Part shown: positions 1-10,482 of the stretch, in pieces | Layout of the letters: every line of letters starts with the position of its first letter | Numbering within the stretch: the first letter of the stretch is position 1 | Source of the DNA: a virus | IMG/VR virus record: IMGVR_UViG_3300046697_000246 | Location: 9,291 to 73,290 of that record | DNA: 64,000 nt | Strand: one strand, 5' to 3' | Made by a program: the position numbers and the translations under genes | Notes under the pieces: model-generated | Told to the model about the DNA's origin: nothing | Seen by the model: the letters and a program-made list of their open reading frames with translations, nothing else | Database searches by the model: none

Positions 1-183
1 CAAATCCAGCAAATCGGCCAGCTTGTCCAGCAGCTTGAAGTGTTGCTCTCCAAACTCGCGCAGCCGCCGCCCGCACCGCCAGCGTTGCCTCCGCAAATGA
101 ATGCCCCCGGAACACCGACGCCAGTTCAGGCAGCATTGCCGCCGGATGGACAAATGCCACCGCCCGCAATGATTCCACGATGA
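1..183 (+). CDS. 3' end of a probable portal protein (partial)
   Basis: Frame 1 is open from the window start (QIQQIGQLVQQLEVLLSKLAQPPPAPP...MIPR*). Pro/Gln-rich tail; TGA overlaps the next ATG; lies upstream of scaffold and capsid genes. Confidence 0.5.
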   Translation, partial: QIQQIGQLVQQLEVLLSKLAQPPPAPPALPPQMNAPGTPTPVQAALPPDGQMPPPAMIPR

Positions 184-467
184 ACATTGAACTCAACGAA
201 ACGCCACTGGAAAAAGGATTGCAAGATTCCGTCGTCAACCTTTTTAGGCGAAGCGATTTTAAAACCCTTGAGCGCATCATCGAGGCCGAGGCCAAGAAAT
301 CCGCCTTTGCCGCAACCAACAAGGCGCTTGAATCTGGAAAATTTCCGAATTACACCGATGCGGCCAATGCCGAACTCGCCATCGCCATTCGCTATCAGAC
401 CGCGCTTGAAGTCCTGCAAGAACTGAAACAGCGCAAGGAAACCTTCACGCTCATCACTTCAAAATAA
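180..467 (+). CDS. hypothetical phage head-module protein
   Basis: 95-aa helical ORF, ATGA-coupled to the upstream gene. Confidence 0.7.
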   Translation: MNIELNETPLEKGLQDSVVNLFRRSDFKTLERIIEAEAKKSAFAATNKALESGKFPNYTDAANAELAIAIRYQTALEVLQELKQRKETFTLITSK

Positions 468-490
468 ACCACCAACCACTCGGAAAAATT

Positions 491-1900
491 ATGGCAAAAG
501 AAAAACCGACAGACGAAAAAATCATCCCCCTCGTTCAACCAACACCCGAAGAAGTCAAAAAGGCCGGGGGCGAGAAGCCCGTTGAAAGCAAGGCGATTGA
601 CTCTTTCACTTCACGATTCATTCCCAGACCGCCCGGCGAGCAGCCGCTTGTCACGCCAAAGAAAAAGGAAGACAAGCCGGCAGTCAAGCCAAAGGCAAAG
701 CCAGCGCCGGCGCACGCAGCAGCCTCACCGCCACCGGTTCCGTTGGGCGCGGATGAAATTGCGGAGGCGGCGGCGCGCGGTGTTGCGACTGCACTGGCCG
801 AAACCAAATCAACCTTTACGCGCGAAACCCGTTTGGCTGATGAGGAAATAAAGAGAGTGGAGGAGTTGAGAAAATTACCAGCCGCCGAGCAGCGCCGCGT
901 TTCGATCTTGACTGAAATGGAGAAATCCAATCCCGATAAATACAAAGGCATGGCCGACCTTTACAAAAAATCACTGGCCAATCTTGTTGACTACGCGGCG
1001 AAATGGGAGACCGAACACCCCGGCGAAACCTTCGACGAGGATGCCGAGGATCACAAGGAATGGATTGCTCAAAATGAGCAGGGTTTGGATTGGGACGATG
1101 ACGATTACACCGACGCCCTTGCCGAAATCAAAGTCCAAAAGGTTGTGGGCGATTCGCAGAAAAAGGACGATATGAAGGTGGCGGCGGCTGCGCGATTGCA
1201 GTCAGCAATGCCGGTCATTGCCGCCGAGCGCCTGGCTGCCGGACGTTCGTTTCTTTCCAAGATGGGCGAGGAATATGCGGCGATTGTCGGCGAAGACGGA
1301 GTTGTGAAGAAGGAAGTGTTCGACAAATTGAACGCCGAAGACCCGGTAAAAACCGAAATCATCATCAGTTCCGCCGACATGGTTGAGCGGCTTGTGGCCG
1401 AGAACCACGCACTCTTTAACGGGCTGGTGCCGTTCAGCGGGCAGAACCCATTGCATCGTGACATCAGCAATTTCATTCTTCAAAAGGAGGCGCAGCTTTT
1501 GAAACTGCCCTCCGATCAACAGCAAAACAGCAAGGGACATCCATTCAAACCGGCGGCAGTATTTTGGAAGTTGTCCAAGGAACAGCAGGGGAAGTTCTGG
1601 ACGTTCAACCAAAAGGATATTCAGGTGTTGCTCGTCAACGGCGTCTATCAGCAGGCGAAAAAACAAATCTCTGTCGAGGATGAAAAGTTTGCCAAGCGCG
1701 CAAAGGCACGCGGGATAAATCTGGAAACACCACTGGAAAAACCAACGGTTCAGTCCACGGTGAAGCCGGTTCCGGCGGATGAAGACGACAAACCGGAGAC
1801 GCCAGATGTCCCGATTCAACCGCGAACTTCCAGCGGAAAAGCGCCGGAATCCACCGATTCACAGTCGAAATTCTTTAATAAATTCATCGCCAAAGCCTGA
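491..1900 (+). CDS. putative capsid scaffolding/assembly protein
   Basis: 469 aa, charged and helical with Pro/Lys-rich disordered ends; immediately upstream of the capsid gene. Confidence 0.55.
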   Translation: MAKEKPTDEKIIPLVQPTPEEVKKAGGEKPVESKAIDSFTSRFIPRPPGEQPLVTPKKKEDKPAVKPKAKPAPAHAAASPPPVPLGADEIAEAAARGVATALAETKSTFTRETRLADEEIKRVEELRKLPAAEQRRVSILTEMEKSNPDKYKGMADLYKKSLANLVDYAAKWETEHPGETFDEDAEDHKEWIAQNEQGLDWDDDDYTDALAEIKVQKVVGDSQKKDDMKVAAAARLQSAMPVIAAERLAAGRSFLSKMGEEYAAIVGEDGVVKKEVFDKLNAEDPVKTEIIISSADMVERLVAENHALFNGLVPFSGQNPLHRDISNFILQKEAQLLKLPSDQQQNSKGHPFKPAAVFWKLSKEQQGKFWTFNQKDIQVLLVNGVYQQAKKQISVEDEKFAKRAKARGINLETPLEKPTVQSTVKPVPADEDDKPETPDVPIQPRTSSGKAPESTDSQSKFFNKFIAKA

Positions 1901-1922
1901 TTTCAGGCCGGTTTTTCAACAA

Positions 1923-1953
1923 GCCCGTTCGCAAAAGCGCGAACGGGTCTTTT
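1923..1953 (+). terminator. intrinsic terminator
   Basis: Stem GCCCGTTCGC / GCGAACGGGT with a 6-nt loop, followed by CTTTTCGTTTT. Confidence 0.65.
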
Positions 1954-2040
1954 CGTTTTCAAGGTGGATTGAACCTAATGGAGCCTTTTATTTGCAAGGC
2001 AATATGGCCATTTAGGTCGCGGAGTATTAAGCCCGATAGA

Positions 2041-2056
2041 ATGCCAAATATGGCAT
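2041..2056. promoter_or_regulatory. palindromic operator ATGCCA-N4-TGGCAT
   Basis: ATGCCAAATATGGCAT in the intergenic region upstream of the capsid gene; same motif at 18085, 21262 and 27473. Confidence 0.55.
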
Positions 2057-2158
2057 CTTCAAAGAATGTGGAAAAATAATTCAACTTTCTTTCAGCAACC
2101 CTTGACGAATTGAAAGATGCTGTTTGCGTAAAGTTTAACAATTGAACAACGAAAAATT

Positions 2159-3886
2159 ATGGCACTCGTAGCAAACAGTTTCTCGAAATGCGCTCCGGCG
2201 ATTTCCACCAACATCAGGCAATGCGGCAGCGTCACCATCTGTGATGCCGTTCCGCTCGAAGTCGGCGATCTCACCGATGTTTATATGAAATCGGGCAACT
2301 ACCGCGTCATGGAGGCGCTGTTGATGCACGACATGGAAATCAAGATGTGCGAGGCCGTCCAGAACGGGATGTATGATTTCCTGATGGCCAACAGGGTCAA
2401 TCTGTCGAAACGCATCAAGAGCGACAACATGAACAGCGGCCTCATCGAAATCGCGCCGTTCATCATGGCCCGCCAGTTCAGCCCGATCAACGATGAATAC
2501 TGGATCGTCGGCAATGGCCGCGCCTCCGCCAGCAATTGGGTTGTCGAAGTCACTTCCTCGACGAACATCCCGATTGATCTCCGCCTGTTCCCCGCCGGCC
2601 GCCGCGTTTACATTGACTCGATGACCAATGCCGGAACGAAGGCTTCGACGGCATGGGCGATTGTCAGCGCGGTTGACAATGGCGACGACACCGCCGATCT
2701 CACGCTCACTTCGCAGAACGCCAACTCCTTCCTCGACGCCGACAAACTGACCAGCCCGGTCAATGGCGTGATGACGATTGGCTCGAACAATGTCAGCGAT
2801 TACGAGAAGTTCTGCAACGAAGACCCCTCCTACATCAACTGGAAGAACGTCCCCTTCTGGTTTGAAACCACGCGCACGAGCCTTTGCAAATCCTCGAACT
2901 ACGACAAATGGCGCGCGTTGATTCTCGAAAACAACCCGCTCTTCCGGGAGTTCGGCGACTTGGATGACATCCAGCGCAACAAGCAGCTTGGCCGCTCTTT
3001 CCAAAAGAGCTTAGTCCACAACATCTTTTTCTCGAAACCTCTGCCGAACCAGAGCCTTTCGACCTACAACGACCTCGAAACCATTGACGCATTCGACGGC
3101 TCACAGTTCGGCCTCGGCGTTGACGGCGCGACCTGCCAGGGCAAGCGCGCGAACGTCGTCGGTGTTTACGAACAGTTGGCGGAGTGCGGCCAGATCGTTG
3201 ACCTTCAAGGTGCCGGCCTTAACCTGCCCGCGCTGTTCCGGGCGCTCTACAACATTTCGCGTGTCCGCGAGGGCATTGGAAACAAGCCCGACACGATTGA
3301 CATCTTCACCGACTCGGTGACTGCCGAGCGCATCAATCAGGCGATGATCAAGTATTACAGCGGCAAGTCGAACAACACTTTGCGGATGACGTTGAGCATT
3401 GACGACTCTGTGAAGTCGTTCAACACGCCCGTTGCTTCGCAGCCGAAGAACGCGGAGTTCGGTTTCCGCTACCGCGCGTATCCGTTGCAGTGGCCGGCGC
3501 TGACGATGAACATCGTCACCCACTACTTCTTCGACGACTATTTGTCCGCTGGCGCCCGTGCTTACGGTGCGTCATCGAACATGGCGAGGGTGTTGTGGAT
3601 ACTTGACTTTGCCGGGATCTATCCGGGCATCCTCGCCACAAATAAAGTCATCGCCAAGACTGGCGACCTGAAAACGATGGCGTCTGTCAACTCGGATTAC
3701 GCGTGCGTGATGAAAGTTCCGACGCGCGAGCAGACGTTGACCTCCACCAGTTACACCGTGGTTGTCGAATGTCCCAAGAGCAATCTGATCATCGAGAACT
3801 GGGACTCCACGGAGATCGAACCGCTGGTTGATAACGGTGCTGATTATCCGAGTGGCGGCACTACGACGACCACACCGCATCATTAA
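2159..3886 (+). CDS. putative major capsid protein
   Basis: 575 aa, strongly C-ending codon bias, follows the scaffold-like gene and is flanked by terminators; ends SGGTTTTTPHH. Confidence 0.7.
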   Translation: MALVANSFSKCAPAISTNIRQCGSVTICDAVPLEVGDLTDVYMKSGNYRVMEALLMHDMEIKMCEAVQNGMYDFLMANRVNLSKRIKSDNMNSGLIEIAPFIMARQFSPINDEYWIVGNGRASASNWVVEVTSSTNIPIDLRLFPAGRRVYIDSMTNAGTKASTAWAIVSAVDNGDDTADLTLTSQNANSFLDADKLTSPVNGVMTIGSNNVSDYEKFCNEDPSYINWKNVPFWFETTRTSLCKSSNYDKWRALILENNPLFREFGDLDDIQRNKQLGRSFQKSLVHNIFFSKPLPNQSLSTYNDLETIDAFDGSQFGLGVDGATCQGKRANVVGVYEQLAECGQIVDLQGAGLNLPALFRALYNISRVREGIGNKPDTIDIFTDSVTAERINQAMIKYYSGKSNNTLRMTLSIDDSVKSFNTPVASQPKNAEFGFRYRAYPLQWPALTMNIVTHYFFDDYLSAGARAYGASSNMARVLWILDFAGIYPGILATNKVIAKTGDLKTMASVNSDYACVMKVPTREQTLTSTSYTVVVECPKSNLIIENWDSTEIEPLVDNGADYPSGGTTTTTPHH

Positions 3887-3912
3887 GTTTTTCGCGTTGG
3901 TTTTGTCATCGG

Positions 3913-3941
3913 CGGCGCGGGGTGGTTCCCGCGCCGTTTTT
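3913..3941 (+). terminator. intrinsic terminator after capsid gene
   Basis: CGGCGCGGG-gtggtt-CCCGCGCCG followed by TTTTT. Confidence 0.75.
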
Positions 3942-3943
3942 GC

Positions 3944-3972
3944 TTGCAAATCGCGGCGTTAAGATTTACAGT
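3944..3972 (+). promoter_or_regulatory. sigma70-like promoter, probably leaderless
   Basis: TTGCAA-17 bp-TACAGT; ATG 3981 is 8 nt downstream. Confidence 0.55.
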
Positions 3973-3980
3973 GATGCGAC

Positions 3981-4445
3981 ATGAAACTTTTTTTCAAAAA
4001 AGAACTCTGCGCGAATAAATTCTTCGTTGACAATTCTCCCGTCCCATTCGAGTGTCAGCCATCCAACACCGGCGTCATCGCTTTGGATTCCGAGGCTGAC
4101 GCAAAACTTGTCGCCGCGTTGGATGATGCGATTTCCAAACGCAAGGGCGGCATCGGTAAAATTGATGAGGCGACCTACGAAGCCATAAAAAAAAACAAGA
4201 TCGGCAGAGTATCCGCCGCCTTCTTGCCCAGTCAAAGGTTGCAAGTCCTCAAAGTCCCAAGCCCGTTCGGCAAGCCAAAGGACACCGCAGTTGTTGCGGC
4301 GGCTGAAAATCCAGTTCATCAGCGAAGCCCCGCAAACAGTCCTGGTGAGGCGCTTGGTTCCACGGATCAAAGAGGGTCGTTCATCCCTCGCCGAGGCAAG
4401 GTGTTGAACGACTCGGACAAGACAAAAGTTCCCGGCAACCCATGA
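3981..4445 (+). CDS. hypothetical protein
   Basis: 154-aa ORF with its own promoter, 3 nt before the next gene. Confidence 0.7.
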   Translation: MKLFFKKELCANKFFVDNSPVPFECQPSNTGVIALDSEADAKLVAALDDAISKRKGGIGKIDEATYEAIKKNKIGRVSAAFLPSQRLQVLKVPSPFGKPKDTAVVAAAENPVHQRSPANSPGEALGSTDQRGSFIPRRGKVLNDSDKTKVPGNP

Positions 4446-4448
4446 TAA

Positions 4449-6539
4449 ATGAGCGCCACTTTTGGAAAACTCAAATCAGATGTCCGGGCAATAATTTTTC
4501 CAAGCGGGGAAAGTTCAAATCTTATCGCCGCTCACGACAAGGCATTTGTTGACGCGCTGATTGACCTGCAAATTTTTGTTGAATGCCTTCAAACTGACAA
4601 CACTTCACTTTTTCCGCAATGCTCCACGCTTTACAACTGTGGCATCACCGTGTTCGACGCGCCGCGTGGCCGGATTAAAAAAGTGTCAGTCATTGATTCG
4701 CAACGGTCGCCAGCGCCCAGCGGCGACATTTTGTTTTCAGGAACATTCAACCCTCAGATAACGGATGCGGCCAGAGGAATGTCAGACATCGGCACCATCG
4801 TCAATCCCGATCTTTACATCATTGAAATTATCGGCCAAGGGACAAGGTGCTCCGGGAAAAAGGTGCCGCAATACTTCAACGTCAACATCCTTTACAAGTC
4901 CCCTTCAGGTGTGCAGACCGCAACCAATCGCGTGACGCTCAACGATTGCAACACAGACCAGACAATTCAGGCCAACATCGTGGCCAACTCTGATGTTTAT
5001 GTTTCCATCGTTCCGGTCAATGTTCCCGTGAAAAACTCGCCGGGCGATGGCGGCGCGCAAATCACGGTGAATGTCCGGCAAAACATTGCCACGGACATCC
5101 TTACGTCGGTTGATGAATACTGCTCGGAAATTGAATACAAGCAGGTTGATCCGGCTTACGTTCAAAAATACTGGAATGAGACCCGGCACCGGAGATATTG
5201 TCCATCCATTCCATTTTTCTTCGGCTTGGATGCTGAACAAAGCGGGATGCGGAATTATCCGCCCGTGCCAACGGACGCCACGGTTCCCGCCGGGCTTGCC
5301 GTTTTGCCGATGGGGTTTCATTATCCGCAATCCGACACGGACAAAAAGCATCGCGCGCGCTCCGGCGTGTGGGCGATTGAGCGCGGGAAAATCTATATCG
5401 CTCCGTGGATTGACAGCACGGAAACCGTGCTGGTCAAGTGGGATGGCATCAAACGAATCTGGGCGGATGCCGACCCGGTTGACGACGACCCGCTGTTGAC
5501 TGAGGCGGTTACGGCGTTTGTCCGGCAAAACCACTACACCTATTGGGATCGGGATTACGAGGCGGCGCAGGTCGCGCAGGGAGCATACAACGAGGCGCGA
5601 GCCAAGCTCATCCATGAATGCCGGGAAGAAACCCGGATACGCGGCGATGAGCCGAGTTTTGCCAGGGCGGTTTCCTCGGCAAATTCAGCCGGCGGCGGGG
5701 CGCTGTTCTACAACAACGCGCAGACGGCCACGGCCAGTTGTTCGTCTGGTCAAACCGGAAATCCAGTTTCGGTGACGATTCCGGCAGGAACCGTTGCCAG
5801 TTCGCTTTCACAGGCTGATGCCGACACACAGGCATTGGCGCAGGCGCAGCAGCAGGCAACGGCGCAGTTGAATTGCCAGTCACCACTGATAACCTATTAC
5901 AACGCCGCGCAGAGTTTCACGGCGGTTTGCACGGGAGAAACCGGAGCGCCAAGTCCCACAGGAACACCAGTGACAGTCACAATTTCAGCCGGAGCAATTT
6001 CTTCGGTTGTCAGCCAAGACGATGCAAATGCTCTTGCGTTGGCGCAGGCCACCAGCGAAGCGACCGATCAACTGGTTTGCATCTGGCACAACAAGGCCGT
6101 CAGTTTCACGGCGTCCTGCCCATTGAATCCAAGCATCACCGCAGTAGGCACCACGCCCTCCGGAACCAGTTCATGCGACTCGACATTATCACAAGCGGAA
6201 GCCGACAATAATGCACTGATTGCCGCGACCAATTCCGCAAATACAGCCCTTAATTGCGGCGGCGGGGTGCTTTATTTCAACACCCTCCAATCAGCAACTA
6301 AATTGGCTTTCTGTAAAGGCCCAGGAGTTTATGCCGGCTGCAATATGCAAGTCATGCTCCTTGTGCCGGCGGGAAGCTTTAATTCCCGCGTATCGCAAGC
6401 TGATGCAAATCAACAGGCGATCAACTGGGCAAATGGCAGAATTTTAAGTGCCTGGCTTTCGGCCTGCATGAAGTATCCCCCAACTGGGATTTCAGTGTGT
6501 CCGCCAATCACCATTCAATATCCCAATACGAGCGTATGA
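4449..6539 (+). CDS. virion protein: adaptor-like N-terminus plus four DUF5977-like repeats
   Basis: C-terminal repeats of the form YN..Q..TA.C...V.V.IPAG...S..SQADA...A; position after the capsid gene suggests a head-tail connector. Confidence 0.6.
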   Translation: MSATFGKLKSDVRAIIFPSGESSNLIAAHDKAFVDALIDLQIFVECLQTDNTSLFPQCSTLYNCGITVFDAPRGRIKKVSVIDSQRSPAPSGDILFSGTFNPQITDAARGMSDIGTIVNPDLYIIEIIGQGTRCSGKKVPQYFNVNILYKSPSGVQTATNRVTLNDCNTDQTIQANIVANSDVYVSIVPVNVPVKNSPGDGGAQITVNVRQNIATDILTSVDEYCSEIEYKQVDPAYVQKYWNETRHRRYCPSIPFFFGLDAEQSGMRNYPPVPTDATVPAGLAVLPMGFHYPQSDTDKKHRARSGVWAIERGKIYIAPWIDSTETVLVKWDGIKRIWADADPVDDDPLLTEAVTAFVRQNHYTYWDRDYEAAQVAQGAYNEARAKLIHECREETRIRGDEPSFARAVSSANSAGGGALFYNNAQTATASCSSGQTGNPVSVTIPAGTVASSLSQADADTQALAQAQQQATAQLNCQSPLITYYNAAQSFTAVCTGETGAPSPTGTPVTVTISAGAISSVVSQDDANALALAQATSEATDQLVCIWHNKAVSFTASCPLNPSITAVGTTPSGTSSCDSTLSQAEADNNALIAATNSANTALNCGGGVLYFNTLQSATKLAFCKGPGVYAGCNMQVMLLVPAGSFNSRVSQADANQQAINWANGRILSAWLSACMKYPPTGISVCPPITIQYPNTSV

Positions 6540-9500
6540 ATTTCGGCTTAATCATCAAAGTGGATTGCGTGAACATCGGATCGGTTCCGAATCAGAATTG
6601 CAACGACCCTGCATTTGCTGAACTCAACCCCGGCATTTGCGGCTCGACACCGCAACTCATCATCCAGCCGTCGAATGTGCTTTGCTGCTTGCTGGGAGGA
6701 GTGAAATTTAGCGCAGTTCAGATTCTAAATGGAGTTGAAACGGACGTGACGGCCTCGACCATTTTCCAGATTTCAGATCCGGCCATAGCTGTGATTGGGG
6801 TTTCCAGTGGCCGGGCGACCGGCGTTGGTGAAGGTGAAGCCGTGGTGAATGCGACCTACAACGGCATGACAACGCAGGCTTCACTCACCGTCATCGGGCA
6901 ACCAGACGAATGCGGGTGTTGCGATGACGTGGAGGTTGCCATGATGGTTGTGGTGGACAACAGCCTTTCGATGTCGCAACAGTTCAATGGGAGTTACCTG
7001 ACAAAGCTGGCGTATGCAAAGGCGGCGGCGAAACGATTTATCGGTGAAGTCAACGGGACGAAAGACCTGGTTGGGCTGATGACATTCAACGACAGTGGCG
7101 GCACGGTGGTTTCCGATTTGTCGCACGATGAAAACGCAGTCGCGGCACTCGTGAACGACATCAGCCAGACCAGCCAGTTGACCGGATACGCGGCGGCGCT
7201 GACCGCCGCAATCGGCGCGCTCAACGCAAGCGGCGCGTCGGAACTGGTGCTCGTTTTGATGAGCGACGGAGTTGACACGTCAACCGCCGATTCAACGGAC
7301 ATGGCGGACGCGCTGGCCTTGGCAAAACAATTCCAGTCCGGCGGCGGGATAATCATTTGTTTAGGTGTGCGGTCAAGCAGCGGCGGTTTCAGCTTTTTGG
7401 AGTCACTGTCAACGGGCGGTTTCTTTGTCAACGCCTTCGACTCGACGGCGACGGCTGCGCTTGGCTATTTGAGCGGCATGAAGGGATATTTCTGCGCGGG
7501 CAATTGCGCCCCGGTAGGTGATGATTATGTTGCCAAAGGGCAGTTCGATTATTGCGCGTTTGCGAACTGGAATGTGGTTGGAGGCCATGTAGATTTACTG
7601 GGGAATGGGTTTCTGGATTACCTGCCCGGCAACGGGCTTTACGTTGAACTTGCCGGGAGTGATGCACCGCACGGCGGCGCGATGGTCAGCAAGAATTCTT
7701 TCGCATTGAAGTCCGGCCACAATTACCGGCTGTCTTTGAATCTGGCTGGCAATCAGCGCGTGGCGGGATCTCCGAACACGGTTTTGATGAAGATATTCGG
7801 GCGCAACAATGACGGGCTTTCAAACCCGTCGGGTGCCCCGGTGTTGACGGTGAACAATGCCGGCAACACGCTTTCGACCACGCCGACCTACAAGTATGCA
7901 TACACCTACACCAACGCCAATGGCGAGACGGCGCCAAGCCCGGTGGCATCGGCAACGCCGACAACTGATGGCGCGTCCGTCACCGTCCAAACCGCCGCTG
8001 ATGCGAGCGCGGACAAAATACGGATTTACCGGACAATTGGAACTGCACCGGACAGCCCTTATTATCTGATTGCCGAAATTGACAATACCGCCCCGGCCTA
8101 CACGGATTACATGAACGAGGCGGACATGATTGCAGCGATGGCGGCTGGAACGGTTGACACTTGCGCGGTTGTTCCGACGGCCAACACCACTGGTTCAACG
8201 GTGAACTATCTGAATCAGTCGGTATCCATCAACAATTACCAACAGGGATTCACGCCGCAATCGTTCACGTTCACCGCGCCATCCGATGCGGTGGTCTGGA
8301 TTTCATTCCAGCAGACGGCATTCCCGGCGGGCGCGGCGTCAACGGGATTGCTGCTCGACAGCGTTTCCTTTGACGACACGACGGACATCATCAATTTGTT
8401 GCGCGACGATTTCACGAATGAGAATTTGACGTATATCCCCCCAGCTTGCGGGACTGGAAAGACGTATGTGCCGGTAGGTTACCAGTATTACGGACAATGC
8501 GGGTCGTATTCCAATCAGACAACAACCACACTAATCCCGCTGATGACTTCGGCTAATACGCCGTCTGGAATCGCATCCGCGTCCGATCAATATACGTTTG
8601 CAGGACAAAATAACTCCCTTTATCCGTGGAAGGCATTCGACGGAAGTGCCGGAATAGCTGTCGGATTATTCAGCGCCTTCGACCACGCATGGGCGACCGT
8701 TAGTTACCAAGGATGGTTGCAATACCAATTCAACACGCCACAATTGGTTAATAGTTATTCATTCTCAATAAACAATTCGTCTCTATCTTGGTCGTTCCAA
8801 GGTTCAAATAACGGATCAAGCTGGACGACGCTGGACACGCAAACTGGTTTTAATTTTGGCAGTTCGAATGCAAACTTGATGAGGAGCATTAATACGTTTA
8901 GCTTCAGCAATACGACTGCATATTCGTATTATCGAATCCTGCTATTATACCCACCAGCGCCATATCAAGGTGATTACCTATTGGTTTCATTGTTCCAAAT
9001 GTATTCCACCATAAATGTATCAGGGAATGTCTTATGCTACGTCCAGCCCTACGGCTACGAATCCGGCTATTGCTGCTACGGTGAAGGCTGTCTCGACACG
9101 CCTCCTCCCGCGCAACTCCAAGACCCATCACCGCAACCCGACATCGAGTCCGGTTACACGCCGCCCGGCACCTATCAAAGCACGCAACAAGTTTGTGTCA
9201 GTTGTCCCGGCGAACAGGTTAATTTCCAGCCCGCCAGTCTGATACCCGCGATGACCAGCGATACCATGCCAAGCGGGATTGTGTCGGCATCCAGTTACAG
9301 CAGCACGAATTATCCGTGGCAGGCTTTCCGGGGTTTCGCCACGATTGCCGGCCAGTTGTGGGATGCGGGCGGGAATTGTCCGCAATGGCTTCAATATCAG
9401 TTTGCCGCAGAACAGACGATTGGAAATTACGGCGTCACGCTCGGATTGATCGGGGCGTCAAATGTCAGTTTTGAATTTCAAGTCTCCGACGATGGCACAA

Positions 9501-10462
9501 ACTGGACGACCGTTGACACCCAGACCGGGCTTTCATTCTACGGCAGCGAGCGGAAGCTGTTCACCCTCGGTGCCCCGGCATCATGCACTTTCATCCGGCT
9601 CACCTTAACCAGCATCACCATTGCCGGAACTCCACAGCAATATCCGTTCGTCAACCTGATTGAAGTATTTGCTCCGGCTCCGCTCCAAGTATGTGCCAGC
9701 GCCTCCTACACCAGCGAGATCAGTCAGACCGACGCAGATTCAAAGGCCACGGCAGCGGCCACGGCAGCGGCCACGGCACAACTGAATTGTGTTGATGGTT
9801 TTACCGCAACGGAATCATTCACGGCAAGTTGCATAGTTGGCATGACTGGATCATCTGTAACCAAATCAGTCACGGCAACCAGTCTTATCAGCCTGCAAGA
9901 CGCGCAGAACAATGCACAGGCTGCGGCACAAGCGGCGGCGGAAACCGCCTTGGTGTGCGTTTGCAACGACACGAGCGAAGACACCATCACCATTCCGCTT
10001 GAAGGCGCGGCAACTCTGTATCCTGCCAGTCAATGTGTTTCTGGCAAAACCGGGACGATTACAAAAGTTACGGTCGAACTTGCCGGCTTTTATCATACAT
10101 CGCCCAGCGATGTCAGTGTGGTTTTGATGAGTCCGACCGGAACGATTGTTGAACTGATGCGGAATTGTGGCGGTGAAAATGCGGTATTCGAGGCATCCGA
10201 CTGCAACATTATTTTCGATGACAGCGCGGCAAACCCGCTTCCAGACAACGCACAGATTGTTTCTGGCACTTACAAACCGACGCAACGAGGTCTGACTGTA
10301 TCACTGCCCGCCCCATGCCCGTCAGGGACACCGCATAACACCTTGGCGGCATTCATCGGAGAAGACCCGAATGGCGTCTGGAACTTGTTTGTTTTTGACA
10401 GCCAGCCGCTGGATGGCGGGGCAATCGTCGGCGGGTTCGCCGTGAACATAACTTCTGCATAA
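6536..10462 (+). CDS. multidomain virion adhesin/decoration protein (Ig-like, VWA, two discoidin/F5-8C-like, DUF5977-like, P-domain)
   Basis: Start at ATG 6536 (ATGA overlap). VWA MIDAS motif VVDNSLSM...LMSDG; two LIPxMTS..PSGI.SAS..YPW.AF modules with GSN/VSDDG.NWTT.D; C-terminal proprotein-convertase P-like HT.P.D..V.L.SP.G...NG.W.L.V.D. Confidence 0.75.
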   Translation: MNFGLIIKVDCVNIGSVPNQNCNDPAFAELNPGICGSTPQLIIQPSNVLCCLLGGVKFSAVQILNGVETDVTASTIFQISDPAIAVIGVSSGRATGVGEGEAVVNATYNGMTTQASLTVIGQPDECGCCDDVEVAMMVVVDNSLSMSQQFNGSYLTKLAYAKAAAKRFIGEVNGTKDLVGLMTFNDSGGTVVSDLSHDENAVAALVNDISQTSQLTGYAAALTAAIGALNASGASELVLVLMSDGVDTSTADSTDMADALALAKQFQSGGGIIICLGVRSSSGGFSFLESLSTGGFFVNAFDSTATAALGYLSGMKGYFCAGNCAPVGDDYVAKGQFDYCAFANWNVVGGHVDLLGNGFLDYLPGNGLYVELAGSDAPHGGAMVSKNSFALKSGHNYRLSLNLAGNQRVAGSPNTVLMKIFGRNNDGLSNPSGAPVLTVNNAGNTLSTTPTYKYAYTYTNANGETAPSPVASATPTTDGASVTVQTAADASADKIRIYRTIGTAPDSPYYLIAEIDNTAPAYTDYMNEADMIAAMAAGTVDTCAVVPTANTTGSTVNYLNQSVSINNYQQGFTPQSFTFTAPSDAVVWISFQQTAFPAGAASTGLLLDSVSFDDTTDIINLLRDDFTNENLTYIPPACGTGKTYVPVGYQYYGQCGSYSNQTTTTLIPLMTSANTPSGIASASDQYTFAGQNNSLYPWKAFDGSAGIAVGLFSAFDHAWATVSYQGWLQYQFNTPQLVNSYSFSINNSSLSWSFQGSNNGSSWTTLDTQTGFNFGSSNANLMRSINTFSFSNTTAYSYYRILLLYPPAPYQGDYLLVSLFQMYSTINVSGNVLCYVQPYGYESGYCCYGEGCLDTPPPAQLQDPSPQPDIESGYTPPGTYQSTQQVCVSCPGEQVNFQPASLIPAMTSDTMPSGIVSASSYSSTNYPWQAFRGFATIAGQLWDAGGNCPQWLQYQFAAEQTIGNYGVTLGLIGASNVSFEFQVSDDGTNWTTVDTQTGLSFYGSERKLFTLGAPASCTFIRLTLTSITIAGTPQQYPFVNLIEVFAPAPLQVCASASYTSEISQTDADSKATAAATAAATAQLNCVDGFTATESFTASCIVGMTGSSVTKSVTATSLISLQDAQNNAQAAAQAAAETALVCVCNDTSEDTITIPLEGAATLYPASQCVSGKTGTITKVTVELAGFYHTSPSDVSVVLMSPTGTIVELMRNCGGENAVFEASDCNIIFDDSAANPLPDNAQIVSGTYKPTQRGLTVSLPAPCPSGTPHNTLAAFIGEDPNGVWNLFVFDSQPLDGGAIVGGFAVNITSA

Positions 10463-10482
10463 ACCAAAGGACATCCCGGCAA

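Noticed and set aside
9745-9778. 12-bp tandem repeat GGCCACGGCAGC
   Set aside because: In-frame coding repeat (ATAA) within a DUF5977-like helix; no sign of phase variation.
4449-10462. Diversity-generating retroelement acting on the adhesin
   Set aside because: No reverse transcriptase and no TR/VR pair with adenine-specific mismatches seen.
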